Below, piece by piece: positions 55,068 to 64,000 of a stretch of DNA of 64,000 nucleotides. Numbering within the stretch: position 1 is the stretch's first letter; the number at the start of each line of letters is the position of its first letter. The notes beneath the pieces were generated by a model, which saw nothing but the letters and a program-made list of their open reading frames with translations, was not told the DNA's origin and did not search any database. The stretch is from assembly GCA_013002165.1 (NCBI GenBank), contig JABDKO010000220.1:14954-78953 (forward strand). Reading direction: 5' to 3'. A program made the position numbers and the translations under genes. This DNA is from Rhodothermales bacterium. GTDB lineage: Bacteria; Bacteroidota; Rhodothermia; Rhodothermales; JABDKH01.

Positions 55068-57914
55068 CTACTCGGATCCCGAAGTGTCCGGTGGCTCCTG
55101 CCTTTCGTACTCCTGTCTCATTTCTTCAGCTGATGAGCGGAGCGATGGATCGTCTACTACATCCGCTAACCTGTTCGTGAAATCAGCCGCCGCTTCAAAG
55201 TCACCAGTTTCCAGGTAGATACTCCTCAGGTACTGCGCAAAAGGAATGGCGTAATTGAGCTCATTGCGCGTAGAAGAACTTTCAAGGAGATTAATGACGA
55301 TCGGTTCAGATTTTCTCATTATCTCGACAGCCGTTTCCATCTCGCCAATTTCCTGGTACCCTCGCGACAGCAGCAGGTACGATCTTTCGTCTGCAGGAAT
55401 GGTCTCCAGCGGGACGTTTGTCATGATCGTGTCAAGTAGCTCTCGGGCAATGTCCGGACGCCCCTTACGGGCAGAAACGGTTGCCGCATGGGAGTACACG
55501 TTCCGATAATTGTCCAGCATGTTGCGAATGTTGTCGTCGAAGTACACATCCGGATCATCAATGCCACGGAACCGGAAATTCAGCAGACGGCTGGCAACAA
55601 GCTCGGGATCGATGCGACCCAGACCTCCATCTTCATTCTTGATGGGAACGACACGGAATGCCTGGCCCTCCATCTGGAAAAACTCCTGTGTGTCCAGTTG
55701 CCCGGATGGGCTTACCGTGACGGCAAAGTAAACTGGTCGCTCCCAGTCATTGCGCGCGTTGGTCACCAGGATGTCAAGGACTACCTGATCGGCGGCGTAC
55801 AGGAGGTTGAATTCCTCACTGAAAGGGTAGGGGCGTCCCTCAAGGCGCCAGACCATTCTGTCGAGGATCTTTGACGAGTCCGCGGTTGTGTGCAGCAGCT
55901 CTGATACGATCTTGTTCTTATTGACCGGCAACTGAATTTCTCTCGGATCCCATCGACTGATCGATAACGTCTCAATATTATCATCTGGCATACTGATAGG
56001 GAGCGGCTCGGAGTCTCTCGACGCCTGGTACTTCAGCTGGCGGACATACCACGGAGTGTTGAGCAGCGACAAGTTTGCAACACGTACATCCTGACGTACT
56101 TGCTCTACTTCCTGAAGATACCAGAGCGGGAAGGTATCGTTGTCGCCATTCGTAAAGAGGATGCCGTCCTCTGCAACGCTCGATAGCATATTGTACGCAT
56201 AGTCCGGCGCGACATAACGCCCCGAGCGATCGTGGTCATCGTAGTTAACGACCAGCATCAGACCGGGAACGAGTACAAAGGCAGCCGCAGCCGCAGCGAT
56301 CACAGCCGTCTTGCGAGCCTCCCAGTCCCTTTTGTCGCCAAAGATCATCTCGGCGATGCCGCTGGCCCCAATGCCGATCCACAAACTGAATGCGAAGAAG
56401 CTGGCGACGTATGCGTAGTCGCGCTCGCGCGGCTGGTTTGGAGTCTGATTCAGGTACAGAATTATCCCAATGCCGGAGACAAAGAATAAAATGCCAACGG
56501 CGAATGCCCGTCGCCAATCCTTGCGGACATGATACAGGAATCCAAACAGTCCAAGCAGTAGTGGAAGCCCGTAGTAGGCGTTCCGGCTGGCCTCTTCGCT
56601 CGGCGTCTGGAAAAAGTATGGTGCCTCACCCGGCAGTCCGATAATGGAGGGAGCATCCTGAACATCACTGGCCCGCCCGATGAAGTTCCAACCGAAATAA
56701 CGGAAGTACATGTGGCCAATCTGGTACTGCCAGAAAAAGTCCAAGTCCGAATCATAATTTCGGTACACGCGCCAGTGCGCCGGGTCCTGCGAGTGTCTTC
56801 TCGGAAAGGAAGTCTCGTCATTAAGATTGACCTGTCCAGTCGAGTTGTCAAACGTATTACCGGAGAGAAGTGGCGTGGCGCCGTACTGTTCGCGTTTCAG
56901 GTAGGAAACAATAGCTTCGGTAGTCTCCGGATCATTTTCGTCAATGGGCGGATCGGCCGCACTGCGGATAAAGATCAATGCGTAGGTTGAATATCCAATC
57001 AGTACCATCGCGAGGCACACTGCGATAATGTTCAAGGCAGGCAATTTGCGCCGCTGCGTGTAGTAGATCGAAAAAACGAGGAGTCCTACAATCACAAAGA
57101 CGAAAAGAAGCGGTGAGCCGCTCTTTCCGGCAACGTCCGGCAGTATCTGGATTACACCGGGATAGACCATTCCAAAGGCGACAGATGCCACCAGGCCCGT
57201 GAGCGTTATGCCGGTGATCGTTTTTGAGAGATCCTGATCTTCTTTTTCAAACTCGTTGTAGTAGACAATGAGAGCAATGAAGAAAACAGCGAGCAGGTTG
57301 AGCAGGTGGACCCCGATCGCAAGCCCGAACATATAGGCGATCAGCACGAGGTACCTGTTAGCTGTCAGCCCGAACGGATGATGGCCGCCGGCTAGTAGCA
57401 TTTCTTCGCGTCGGGCAAGTACTCGCCACCTGAGAATGAGCCACACAACAACCGCCGTGAATAGCATCGACAGGCCGTAGACCTCGGCTTCCACCGCGTT
57501 GAACCAGAAGGAATCAGTTACTGTAAAGGTGCACGCCCCGATAACACCACCAATGAGCGCAATAACAGTTGATCCGGTGTTCTGTCCTTGATCTTCCTCA
57601 GACTCTTGCCAGATTCGAACCAGCTGCACAATGATGAGATGTGTGAGAACGACGGTCATCGCACTCGCAAGAACCGACACCATGTTTACAGAGAGTGCAA
57701 CGTATGCTGCAGGAACGAACATGGATATAAAGCGCCCAATCAGCATATAGAATGGTGCCCCGGGCGGGTGCGAAACCTGTAGCCTGTTCGCGATGGCGAT
57801 AAATTCACCCGAGTCCCAAAACGAAGTGGTGGGAGCGACGGTGAGGGCGTAAATGATAAAAGCGTACGCAAAGACGACAGCCGCTACGATTTTCTCGACT
57901 CTATTCCAGTTCAT
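55068..57914 (-). CDS. DUF2723 (TMEM260-like, GT-C fold) polytopic membrane glycosyltransferase
   Basis: SFWDSGEFI, HPPGAP, AVEAEVY, RERDY and GDNDTFPLWY-QEVE. Confidence 0.9.
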   Translation of the reverse strand: MNWNRVEKIVAAVVFAYAFIIYALTVAPTTSFWDSGEFIAIANRLQVSHPPGAPFYMLIGRFISMFVPAAYVALSVNMVSVLASAMTVVLTHLIIVQLVRIWQESEEDQGQNTGSTVIALIGGVIGACTFTVTDSFWFNAVEAEVYGLSMLFTAVVVWLILRWRVLARREEMLLAGGHHPFGLTANRYLVLIAYMFGLAIGVHLLNLLAVFFIALIVYYNEFEKEDQDLSKTITGITLTGLVASVAFGMVYPGVIQILPDVAGKSGSPLLFVFVIVGLLVFSIYYTQRRKLPALNIIAVCLAMVLIGYSTYALIFIRSAADPPIDENDPETTEAIVSYLKREQYGATPLLSGNTFDNSTGQVNLNDETSFPRRHSQDPAHWRVYRNYDSDLDFFWQYQIGHMYFRYFGWNFIGRASDVQDAPSIIGLPGEAPYFFQTPSEEASRNAYYGLPLLLGLFGFLYHVRKDWRRAFAVGILFFVSGIGIILYLNQTPNQPRERDYAYVASFFAFSLWIGIGASGIAEMIFGDKRDWEARKTAVIAAAAAAFVLVPGLMLVVNYDDHDRSGRYVAPDYAYNMLSSVAEDGILFTNGDNDTFPLWYLQEVEQVRQDVRVANLSLLNTPWYVRQLKYQASRDSEPLPISMPDDNIETLSISRWDPREIQLPVNKNKIVSELLHTTADSSKILDRMVWRLEGRPYPFSEEFNLLYAADQVVLDILVTNARNDWERPVYFAVTVSPSGQLDTQEFFQMEGQAFRVVPIKNEDGGLGRIDPELVASRLLNFRFRGIDDPDVYFDDNIRNMLDNYRNVYSHAATVSARKGRPDIARELLDTIMTNVPLETIPADERSYLLLSRGYQEIGEMETAVEIMRKSEPIVINLLESSSTRNELNYAIPFAQYLRSIYLETGDFEAAADFTNRLADVVDDPSLRSSAEEMRQEYERQEPPDTSGSE

Positions 57915-58091
57915 TTACGCAGTCTGTAAAGGTTGACATTTGATACCGGCACGAACAGATTGCCTGGCGGCAATACAGGATCTTGCACAATTACACGATT
58001 TTTGCTGCCCGATCTGAAGCATAAACGCACATAATAGCAAGAAATTATACTCCAATCCCCTCTGTATGAACGTATTTGCGCAGTCTTGAAC

Positions 58092-58763
58092 CTATTGGTC
58101 CTGTCCTTCGACGACCAGCACGATCTCGCCTTTAACGCGAGGACGAGACTCAAGAGTCTCCAGGACGTCCCGAATCGTGCCTCGAAGATATTCCTCAAAT
58201 TTCTTGCTGATCTCCCGAGCAACAACCACGCGCCTGTCATCGCCTGCGTATTCGGACAGCTTGTGCAGGGTTTTGACTATCCGGTGCGGAGATTCGAAGG
58301 CAACAGTCGTCTCCCTGCGCTCAGCCATGGCTCGGATTCGAGTCTGCCTGCCTTTCTTTTGCGGAAGGAAACCATCAAAATGGAATTTGTCGATGGCGAG
58401 TCCACTACCAACCAGTGCAGTAATGGCCGAACTCGCACCCGGCAGCACCGTGTATTCGATCTCCTGGTCAATCACTGCCTGTAACAGGCGGTACCCGGGG
58501 TCCGAGATGAGGGGCATTCCAGCGTCAGAGATCAAGGCCACGTCCTCACCTTGTTCAAGGCGCTGAATCAGCTGACGGGTTCGTTCCTTTTCATTATGGT
58601 CGTGATAGCTGATGCGCGGCGTGTCAATCCCATAGTGTCCCAACAGCTTCGATGAGGTCCGCGTATCTTCGCATGCGATTACCGCGACGGATTTCAAGAT
58701 CTCCAGAGCGCGTATTGTGATGTCTCCCAGATTTCCTATGGGTGTCGGAACGATGTAGAGCAT
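58092..58763 (-). CDS. rsmI: 16S rRNA (cytidine1402-2'-O)-methyltransferase
   Basis: TPIGNLGD, CEDTR, SDAGMP-ISDPG, FESPHR and REISKKFEE. Confidence 0.97.
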   Translation of the reverse strand: MLYIVPTPIGNLGDITIRALEILKSVAVIACEDTRTSSKLLGHYGIDTPRISYHDHNEKERTRQLIQRLEQGEDVALISDAGMPLISDPGYRLLQAVIDQEIEYTVLPGASSAITALVGSGLAIDKFHFDGFLPQKKGRQTRIRAMAERRETTVAFESPHRIVKTLHKLSEYAGDDRRVVVAREISKKFEEYLRGTIRDVLETLESRPRVKGEIVLVVEGQDQ

Positions 58764-60233
58764 CTACGAAGACCTTCCTGACACGCGGGAAATGAAATTA
58801 CGTAACACGGGGCCCGTGGCTGAAGCATCGGTTGAGACCCGGATTGTAAAGTAGAGTGCAATCAACAGCGTCACGATGTTAGCCATCCACATACCGACCC
58901 ATGGTTCAAGCAGCCCTCTGTCGGCGAGCTTTTCCCCCTGGACTAGCGCAACCCAGTGGAATAGAAAAATTCCGACGGCTAGAACTGCGGCGGTGCCGAG
59001 ACCTCCGCGGCGTATAGCAAGACCGAGCGGGGCACCTATCAGCATAAACACGAAACACGCAAGGGCAATCGAATACTTCTTTTGGATCTCCACCGAAAAC
59101 CGATCTGCGCGTTCAAGCTGCGATCTTACAATTCGGCCACTGTTCTCAGCTTTGGATTTTATGGCACGGCCGTTCTGCGCAGCCCTGAACAGTGAAGCTT
59201 CTACCATGGCTGGTCCAGCATCGGCAAGGATGTGGGGATAAAGGGTTACTGCCGGAACACGAGAACTGTCTGAAGAGTCGGCCCGAAATTCCGTTTCGAC
59301 ACTTGAGCGGTCGGTCCGGTTTTCAGTCCGGTAAAGCGCGAGGTCAGACACCATGTCGTAAAGCTCTTCCGACTTCCGGGTGGCATTCTGACGGAGGGAA
59401 TCGACGAGGTGAACCATCTCGGTAGTGCGCATGGTCCGATCGGATCTTCTGCCCTGAGTCGGATTGCTTCGTTCGAAGATGAAGTCCGAGATATCCAGGC
59501 TCAACCGGTGCCGCGCAAATGTGAGACGCTCATACCGATCAACACCGGATCCTTCATAGTTGTCGGAACGCCGGTGAAGCTCGCCATCTTCGAGTACGAT
59601 GTTTATTGTCGAGCCACCCGGTCCTGTTTCAATGTGTCCGCTGGATGCTTTGATATCGACCCGCTTGCGCGATCCCTCTGAGTAATCGTAGATGGTCACA
59701 TCCTCGACGATACCCGTATCCTGGTCTATGGACTTTACGAGAATGCTATATCTGCTGACTCCCTGATAGAAGATCCCGGGTTGAAGTTCGAAGCCCGGTT
59801 TCTTCTGTCGGATATCTGTCCACAGATTCCTTGCCCTGAAGTTGGATTCAGGCAACAAAACATTGTTGAACCGAAACATGAATGCAGTGACGATTACGCC
59901 GACGATTAACACAGGCCAGACTATTTGCGGGAAGGATGCTCCGGCTCCTTTCATCACAACGTAGGCACGCGATTCGGCAAGTCGACTAAACGTCATCAGA
60001 CTGGCTATTAGCACCGCCATTGGCACTGCCAGGACGACCATGTATGCAAGACTGTACATGACCAGTTCCACGATAGCAAAAAAGGGAAGCCCCTTTCCAA
60101 CCAGGTCCGGTAGGTACTTTATCAAGAACTGCATCAGGAGAAGGAACATCAAAACACCGAGCCAGCCGAGCATAGGTCCGGGCAGCATCCGCAGGATCAT
60201 GCGATGGAAATGCGTCAGTCGGAACGATTTCAT
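58764..60233 (-). CDS. LptF/LptG family LPS export permease
   Basis: Three N-terminal TMs, a periplasmic beta-jellyroll, and KKYSIALAC...IGAPLG followed by three C-terminal TMs. Confidence 0.9.
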   Translation of the reverse strand: MKSFRLTHFHRMILRMLPGPMLGWLGVLMFLLLMQFLIKYLPDLVGKGLPFFAIVELVMYSLAYMVVLAVPMAVLIASLMTFSRLAESRAYVVMKGAGASFPQIVWPVLIVGVIVTAFMFRFNNVLLPESNFRARNLWTDIRQKKPGFELQPGIFYQGVSRYSILVKSIDQDTGIVEDVTIYDYSEGSRKRVDIKASSGHIETGPGGSTINIVLEDGELHRRSDNYEGSGVDRYERLTFARHRLSLDISDFIFERSNPTQGRRSDRTMRTTEMVHLVDSLRQNATRKSEELYDMVSDLALYRTENRTDRSSVETEFRADSSDSSRVPAVTLYPHILADAGPAMVEASLFRAAQNGRAIKSKAENSGRIVRSQLERADRFSVEIQKKYSIALACFVFMLIGAPLGLAIRRGGLGTAAVLAVGIFLFHWVALVQGEKLADRGLLEPWVGMWMANIVTLLIALYFTIRVSTDASATGPVLRNFISRVSGRSS

Positions 60234-60324
60234 GTGTCAGGTGTCGATGTGTGGGCGGATCAATTTACGACTGCAGGTCGCTTTTGTGCCGTATCAATAT
60301 TCACAGCCAAAATCCGGACGGGAA

Positions 60325-60960
60325 GTGATAGTTCAGAAATACACGTTTAACCCATTTCAGACAAACACGTTTATCATTCATAGTGGTTCGGAGGCAGTGC
60401 TTATCGATGCAAGTGCTCACATGCCAGAAGAATTCGACCTCATCGAGTCCTACATCAGCGAAAACAAATTGACTGTTAAAGCACTTCTGCTGACGCACGG
60501 GCATATAGATCACATTATGGGCTGTGCGCATCTGACTGAGACATATGGAATGCCGTGGATGCTGAATCCGGCCGACAAACCGTTTGTCGATCGGGCCCAG
60601 GATCAAGCGCGGATGTTTGGTGTCGAGTTCGATCCGCGGCAGATAAAGACAACTCCGATTAAAGAGGGGGACAGTGTACGTTTTGGAGATGTAGACTGGA
60701 GCGTTCTCGAGACCCCCGGACACTCACCGGGCTCGGTAAGCTTCGTTGACGAGGAGAACGAGGTGGTGATCTCCGGAGACGTGCTGTTTAACGGCTCGAT
60801 TGGCCGAACCGATCTCCTTTTCGGATCGATGCCTGTCCTGATGCAGAGTATTTACCAGAAACTCATTCCACTGGGTGACCAATTCAAGGTACTGTGTGGA
60901 CATGGGCCGGATACTATCATCGGTCACGAACGAGCCATGAACCCATTTCTTCAGGGGTAA
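60325..60960 (+). CDS. MBL-fold metallo-hydrolase (glyoxalase II-like, YcbL/GloC type)
   Basis: THGHIDH, TPGHSPG, GDVLF-GSIGRTD and GHG; GTG 60325 preferred. Confidence 0.9.
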   Translation: MIVQKYTFNPFQTNTFIIHSGSEAVLIDASAHMPEEFDLIESYISENKLTVKALLLTHGHIDHIMGCAHLTETYGMPWMLNPADKPFVDRAQDQARMFGVEFDPRQIKTTPIKEGDSVRFGDVDWSVLETPGHSPGSVSFVDEENEVVISGDVLFNGSIGRTDLLFGSMPVLMQSIYQKLIPLGDQFKVLCGHGPDTIIGHERAMNPFLQG

Positions 60961-61225
60961 TGAATCGCTGTCGTTTGCATTGAGGCCTGCCATGCACGCC
61001 GCATCGGAGATCGAGCCTGCTAACGAAAAAGCGATCGAGTAGTCATTGGGCGCAGTGTTGCATGATGCGACGATGTGCTCAATTATTACGCAGTGTTCTG
61101 ATAACAGATATCAAATTCTTCCTGTTTTGGACGCCAGAGCGTTCCTCAGCGGCTGGAATTAATGATTGGCACGATTCTGCCTAGGGGATTACTGTAATGA
61201 CCAATTTGGATAATCCCCTATAGAA

Positions 61226-62221
61226 ATGAATCACAGTAAAAGTTTACTAACACTGGCGTTCTGCGCTTCGTTTGCACTGGCTACAAGCTCCAGCGCTCAA
61301 GATCAGCAAATGAACACGCCAACAGATCTGGCGAATGCAAATGCAGGCGAATGCTATGCGCAGGTGTATTCCCCGGCGAAATATGAGACTACGACTCGAC
61401 GTGTCCTTAAGTCCGATGCGAGCTTTCGTATCGAGACTGTCCCCGCGGTATACGAGAACGCTACCGAACGTATCATGACGAAGGAGTCATCGGAACGGTT
61501 AGAAGTAGTTCCTGCTGTTTACGGAACTGTCGAAGAGCGAGTGATGGTGAAAGAAGCCGGCACCCGCCTGGAAAGTGTTCCAGCGGTTTATGAAACTGTA
61601 AGAGAGCGAGTTCAGGTTACGGCTGCCCGCAAAGTTTGGAAGTCAAGCAACGGCAAGATTTACGGAACGGCTGTAACTGACGATCAAGGGAAACTGGTGA
61701 CGCGGCCATCGGCTACAGGTGAAGTTCTTTGCCTTGTCGAAGAGCCTGCAGAATTCAAGACCGTAACAAAGAAAATGCTCAAGCAGGAAGCGACTACACG
61801 AGAAGTTGCTATCCCGGCAGAGTACAAAACAATCAAAAAGACGGTTCTGAAAACGCCGCCAACGACTCAAAAAGTTACGATCCCTGCTGAGTACGACACA
61901 ATAACAAAACGCGTTCTGAAAACACCAGCGACCACCCGCCGGGTTGAGATTCCCGCCGAGTATGAGACTGTTACGGAACGGGTCACTGTCAGCGAGGCGA
62001 GCGTGGATTGGGTACCGGTACTGTGCGAAGTCAATGTCACCGCCAGCAAGGTCCGATCAATTCAGTCGGCACTGAAGAAGTCGGGCCACTACGGAGGTCC
62101 GATTGACGGCGTCTTTGGAAGCGGTACCGGCTCTGCAATTGCCAGTTTTCAGCGACAGAATAACCTCTCTCAGGGTTACGGACTAACGCTCGAAACTCTG
62201 GAAGTGTTGAAGGTACAGTAG
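61226..62221 (+). CDS. Secreted protein with eight 23-aa xPAxY repeats and a C-terminal peptidoglycan-binding (PG_binding_1) domain
   Basis: Signal peptide; VPAVY/IPAEY repeats at 23-aa period; IQSALKKSGHYGGPIDGVFG...AIASFQRQNNL. Confidence 0.85.
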   Translation: MNHSKSLLTLAFCASFALATSSSAQDQQMNTPTDLANANAGECYAQVYSPAKYETTTRRVLKSDASFRIETVPAVYENATERIMTKESSERLEVVPAVYGTVEERVMVKEAGTRLESVPAVYETVRERVQVTAARKVWKSSNGKIYGTAVTDDQGKLVTRPSATGEVLCLVEEPAEFKTVTKKMLKQEATTREVAIPAEYKTIKKTVLKTPPTTQKVTIPAEYDTITKRVLKTPATTRRVEIPAEYETVTERVTVSEASVDWVPVLCEVNVTASKVRSIQSALKKSGHYGGPIDGVFGSGTGSAIASFQRQNNLSQGYGLTLETLEVLKVQ

Positions 62222-62272
62222 ACGAGTTGAGTCGACTACGATTTGCAAGACCAGTTGATGTGCCTGGCCGAG

Positions 62273-62312
62273 ACGAGAGAGCTGCCTTCTGGCGGCTCTC
62301 TCGTTTTCTTTT
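62273..62312 (+). terminator. Intrinsic terminator
   Basis: acgagagagctgcc-ttct-ggcggctctctcgt followed by ttttctttt. Confidence 0.8.
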
Positions 62313-62335
62313 AGATCAGCGGTAGTCAGCTAAAT

Positions 62336-63472
62336 TCACGCCGGCACAGCGGTAAATTTCTGGTAGTACTTTTCGTACAACGGAACGATCTTCTGAACGT
62401 CGAACTCATCTACAGCCCGTTGTCGGGATTTTTCTGCCATTTTCTTCTGCAGGTCATCGTCGGTAAGTATTTTGCGGGTACAGTCAGTCATCGCATCGAT
62501 GTCGTTGAGTGCGCACAAGAATCCGGTCTCACCTTCGATGATCAGTTCGGGTAGACCGCCGACATTACTGGCAACAACTGGTACGCCACAGGACATAGCT
62601 TCAAGCGCAGCCAGCCCGAATGTCTCGGTCTCACTCGGCATCAGAAATACGTCGGCAATTGAGAGAATTTCCTCGACCGGTTCCTGTTTACCAAGGAACC
62701 GCACATCGTCATGGACGCCGAGTTCGCGAGCCATATGTTCAGCCGCTGCACGATCAGGGCCGTCGCCGACAAGAAGCAGCTTTACCGACAGGTTATCCTG
62801 CCGAAGTCTGTGAAATACTTCGACCACATCGGGTGCGTGCTTCACAGGACGGAAATTTGAGATGTGGACTATCACCTTTTCCTCATTGGGGCAAAGCGCA
62901 CGTCTGAAATGCTCCTTGTTCAATCTTCGAAAACGCGTCGTATCAATGAAGTTGGGTATTACTTCGATATCATTGCTGACATCGAATCGGCAGAGCGTTT
63001 CGTGTCGCAGGTAATCAGAAACTGCTGTCACACCATCAGACTCATTGATTGAGTAGTTCACGACCGGCTTGAACGAAGGATCTCGACCGACGATCGTGAT
63101 ATCCGTGCCGTGCAGCGTCGTTACGACAGGGATATGAATTCCTTCACGGGCGAGTATCTGACGGGCCAGTACCGCGCTTGTGGCATGGGGTATTGCGTAG
63201 TGGACATGCAGGATGTCAAGTTGCTCATACTTGACAACATCGACCATTTTACTGGTCAGATTCAGCGAGTAGTTGGGATACTCGAAGAGCGGATAGGCAT
63301 TTACGTTGACCTCATGGAACAAAAGATTGTCCTGCACCGAACCAAGCCTGAATGGCAAGGAATATGCTATAAAATGAACCTGATGCCCTCTATCGGCGAG
63401 GGCCTTTCCAAGTTCGGTCGCGACAACGCCGGAGCCGCCGTATACGGGATAACACGTAATTCCAATTTTCAT
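62336..63472 (-). CDS. bshA: N-acetyl-alpha-D-glucosaminyl L-malate synthase (bacillithiol biosynthesis)
   Basis: MKIGITCYP-YGGSGVVATELG, HVHYAIPHA, TTLHGTDIT, SNFRPVK and E-FGLAALEAM. Confidence 0.95.
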   Translation of the reverse strand: MKIGITCYPVYGGSGVVATELGKALADRGHQVHFIAYSLPFRLGSVQDNLLFHEVNVNAYPLFEYPNYSLNLTSKMVDVVKYEQLDILHVHYAIPHATSAVLARQILAREGIHIPVVTTLHGTDITIVGRDPSFKPVVNYSINESDGVTAVSDYLRHETLCRFDVSNDIEVIPNFIDTTRFRRLNKEHFRRALCPNEEKVIVHISNFRPVKHAPDVVEVFHRLRQDNLSVKLLLVGDGPDRAAAEHMARELGVHDDVRFLGKQEPVEEILSIADVFLMPSETETFGLAALEAMSCGVPVVASNVGGLPELIIEGETGFLCALNDIDAMTDCTRKILTDDDLQKKMAEKSRQRAVDEFDVQKIVPLYEKYYQKFTAVPA

Positions 63473-63617
63473 GCGGTTGATCTTATCAAGAGAGGGTCGT
63501 TCGCCGATTTTGTACTTATGTGTACGGATATGTTACGGTTAAACACGAACTACGCAACTATACGGCCCGGAGATTCAGTCCGCGGCTTACAATACGAAGA
63601 ATTAATGGTGACGCACC

Positions 63618-64000
63618 ATGGTACGTTCAGTTTTGAAGACTATTTCTCTAATGGCACTCCTGGTCATTATTTCGCAGCCCGCCAGCGCCCAGCTTGGCCT
63701 GTCTGCAGGAATGAATTTCGAGCAATTCAGTGACATCGAGACGAACAGTTTCAATGCCACGTTTAACAATGCGACGGGTTATCACATTGGAGTATTCTAT
63801 GACCTTGGTGCAGGCTCATTTGCTGTTAGACCGGGCGTCTACTTCCGAAATATTCAGAATATTGAAACTACACTTCTAGGAGCGACGGAGTCTTTCGATC
63901 TTAACATGATCGAGGTACCTCTGGATCTCCGGTTCAGGTTTGCGTCCGGGTCGTTTCTGGTTCCTTATGTTTCAGCCGGTCCAGTTGTGACTTTCAGCTC
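63618..64000 (+). CDS. Outer-membrane beta-barrel (PorT/porin-like) protein, 3'-truncated by the window edge
   Basis: Read by hand: MVRSVLKTISLMALLVIISQPASA-QLGLSAGMNF...GYHIGVFY...IEVPLDLRF...PYVSAGP; not in the ORF track because no stop falls inside the window. Confidence 0.75.
   Translation, partial: MVRSVLKTISLMALLVIISQPASAQLGLSAGMNFEQFSDIETNSFNATFNNATGYHIGVFYDLGAGSFAVRPGVYFRNIQNIETTLLGATESFDLNMIEVPLDLRFRFASGSFLVPYVSAGPVVTFS

Noticed and set aside
60040-60324. N-terminal extension of the MBL hydrolase ORF
   Set aside because: It overlaps the divergent lptF/G gene and has no MBL similarity; homology begins at GTG 60325
63110-63733. 207-aa plus-strand ORF
   Set aside because: It is antisense to bshA and out of frame with the credible beta-barrel gene starting at 63618

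Overview
Gene-dense bacterial chromosomal window, most consistent with Rhodothermota (Bacteroidota-related). This is an inference from T9SS C-terminal domains, TAnnTTTG-like promoters, an archaeal/eukaryotic-type ProRS and bshA. It is mostly core genome: gyrA; a minus-strand tRNA-Val-thrS-infC-rpmI-rplT-pheS-pheT-zapA-6S RNA cluster; proS, tsaD, mltG, rsfS, rsmI, lptF/G, rnz and bshA; a TroABCD-type Mn/Zn/Fe importer; and many secreted hydrolases and outer-membrane proteins. I saw no transposase, integrase, prophage or CRISPR array. Most interesting: (1) an arsR-arsM-AhpD-like-arsS arsenic methylation/arsenosugar cluster with a palindromic operator candidate; (2) a Tyr-block plus Arg/Ser-block lipoprotein next to a FadL-like barrel, whose 27-aa repeat copies differ only at synonymous sites; (3) an unexplained 99-bp non-coding element present twice at convergent gene junctions; (4) thrS apparently lacking any ATG/GTG/TTG start while infC has an ATG; (5) His-triad/winged-helix tails on both metal-permease subunits plus a DtxR-type box; (6) a 4+4 symmetric 23-aa-repeat peptidoglycan-binding protein. 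All calls come from reading the sequence and translations by eye; no database searches were run.
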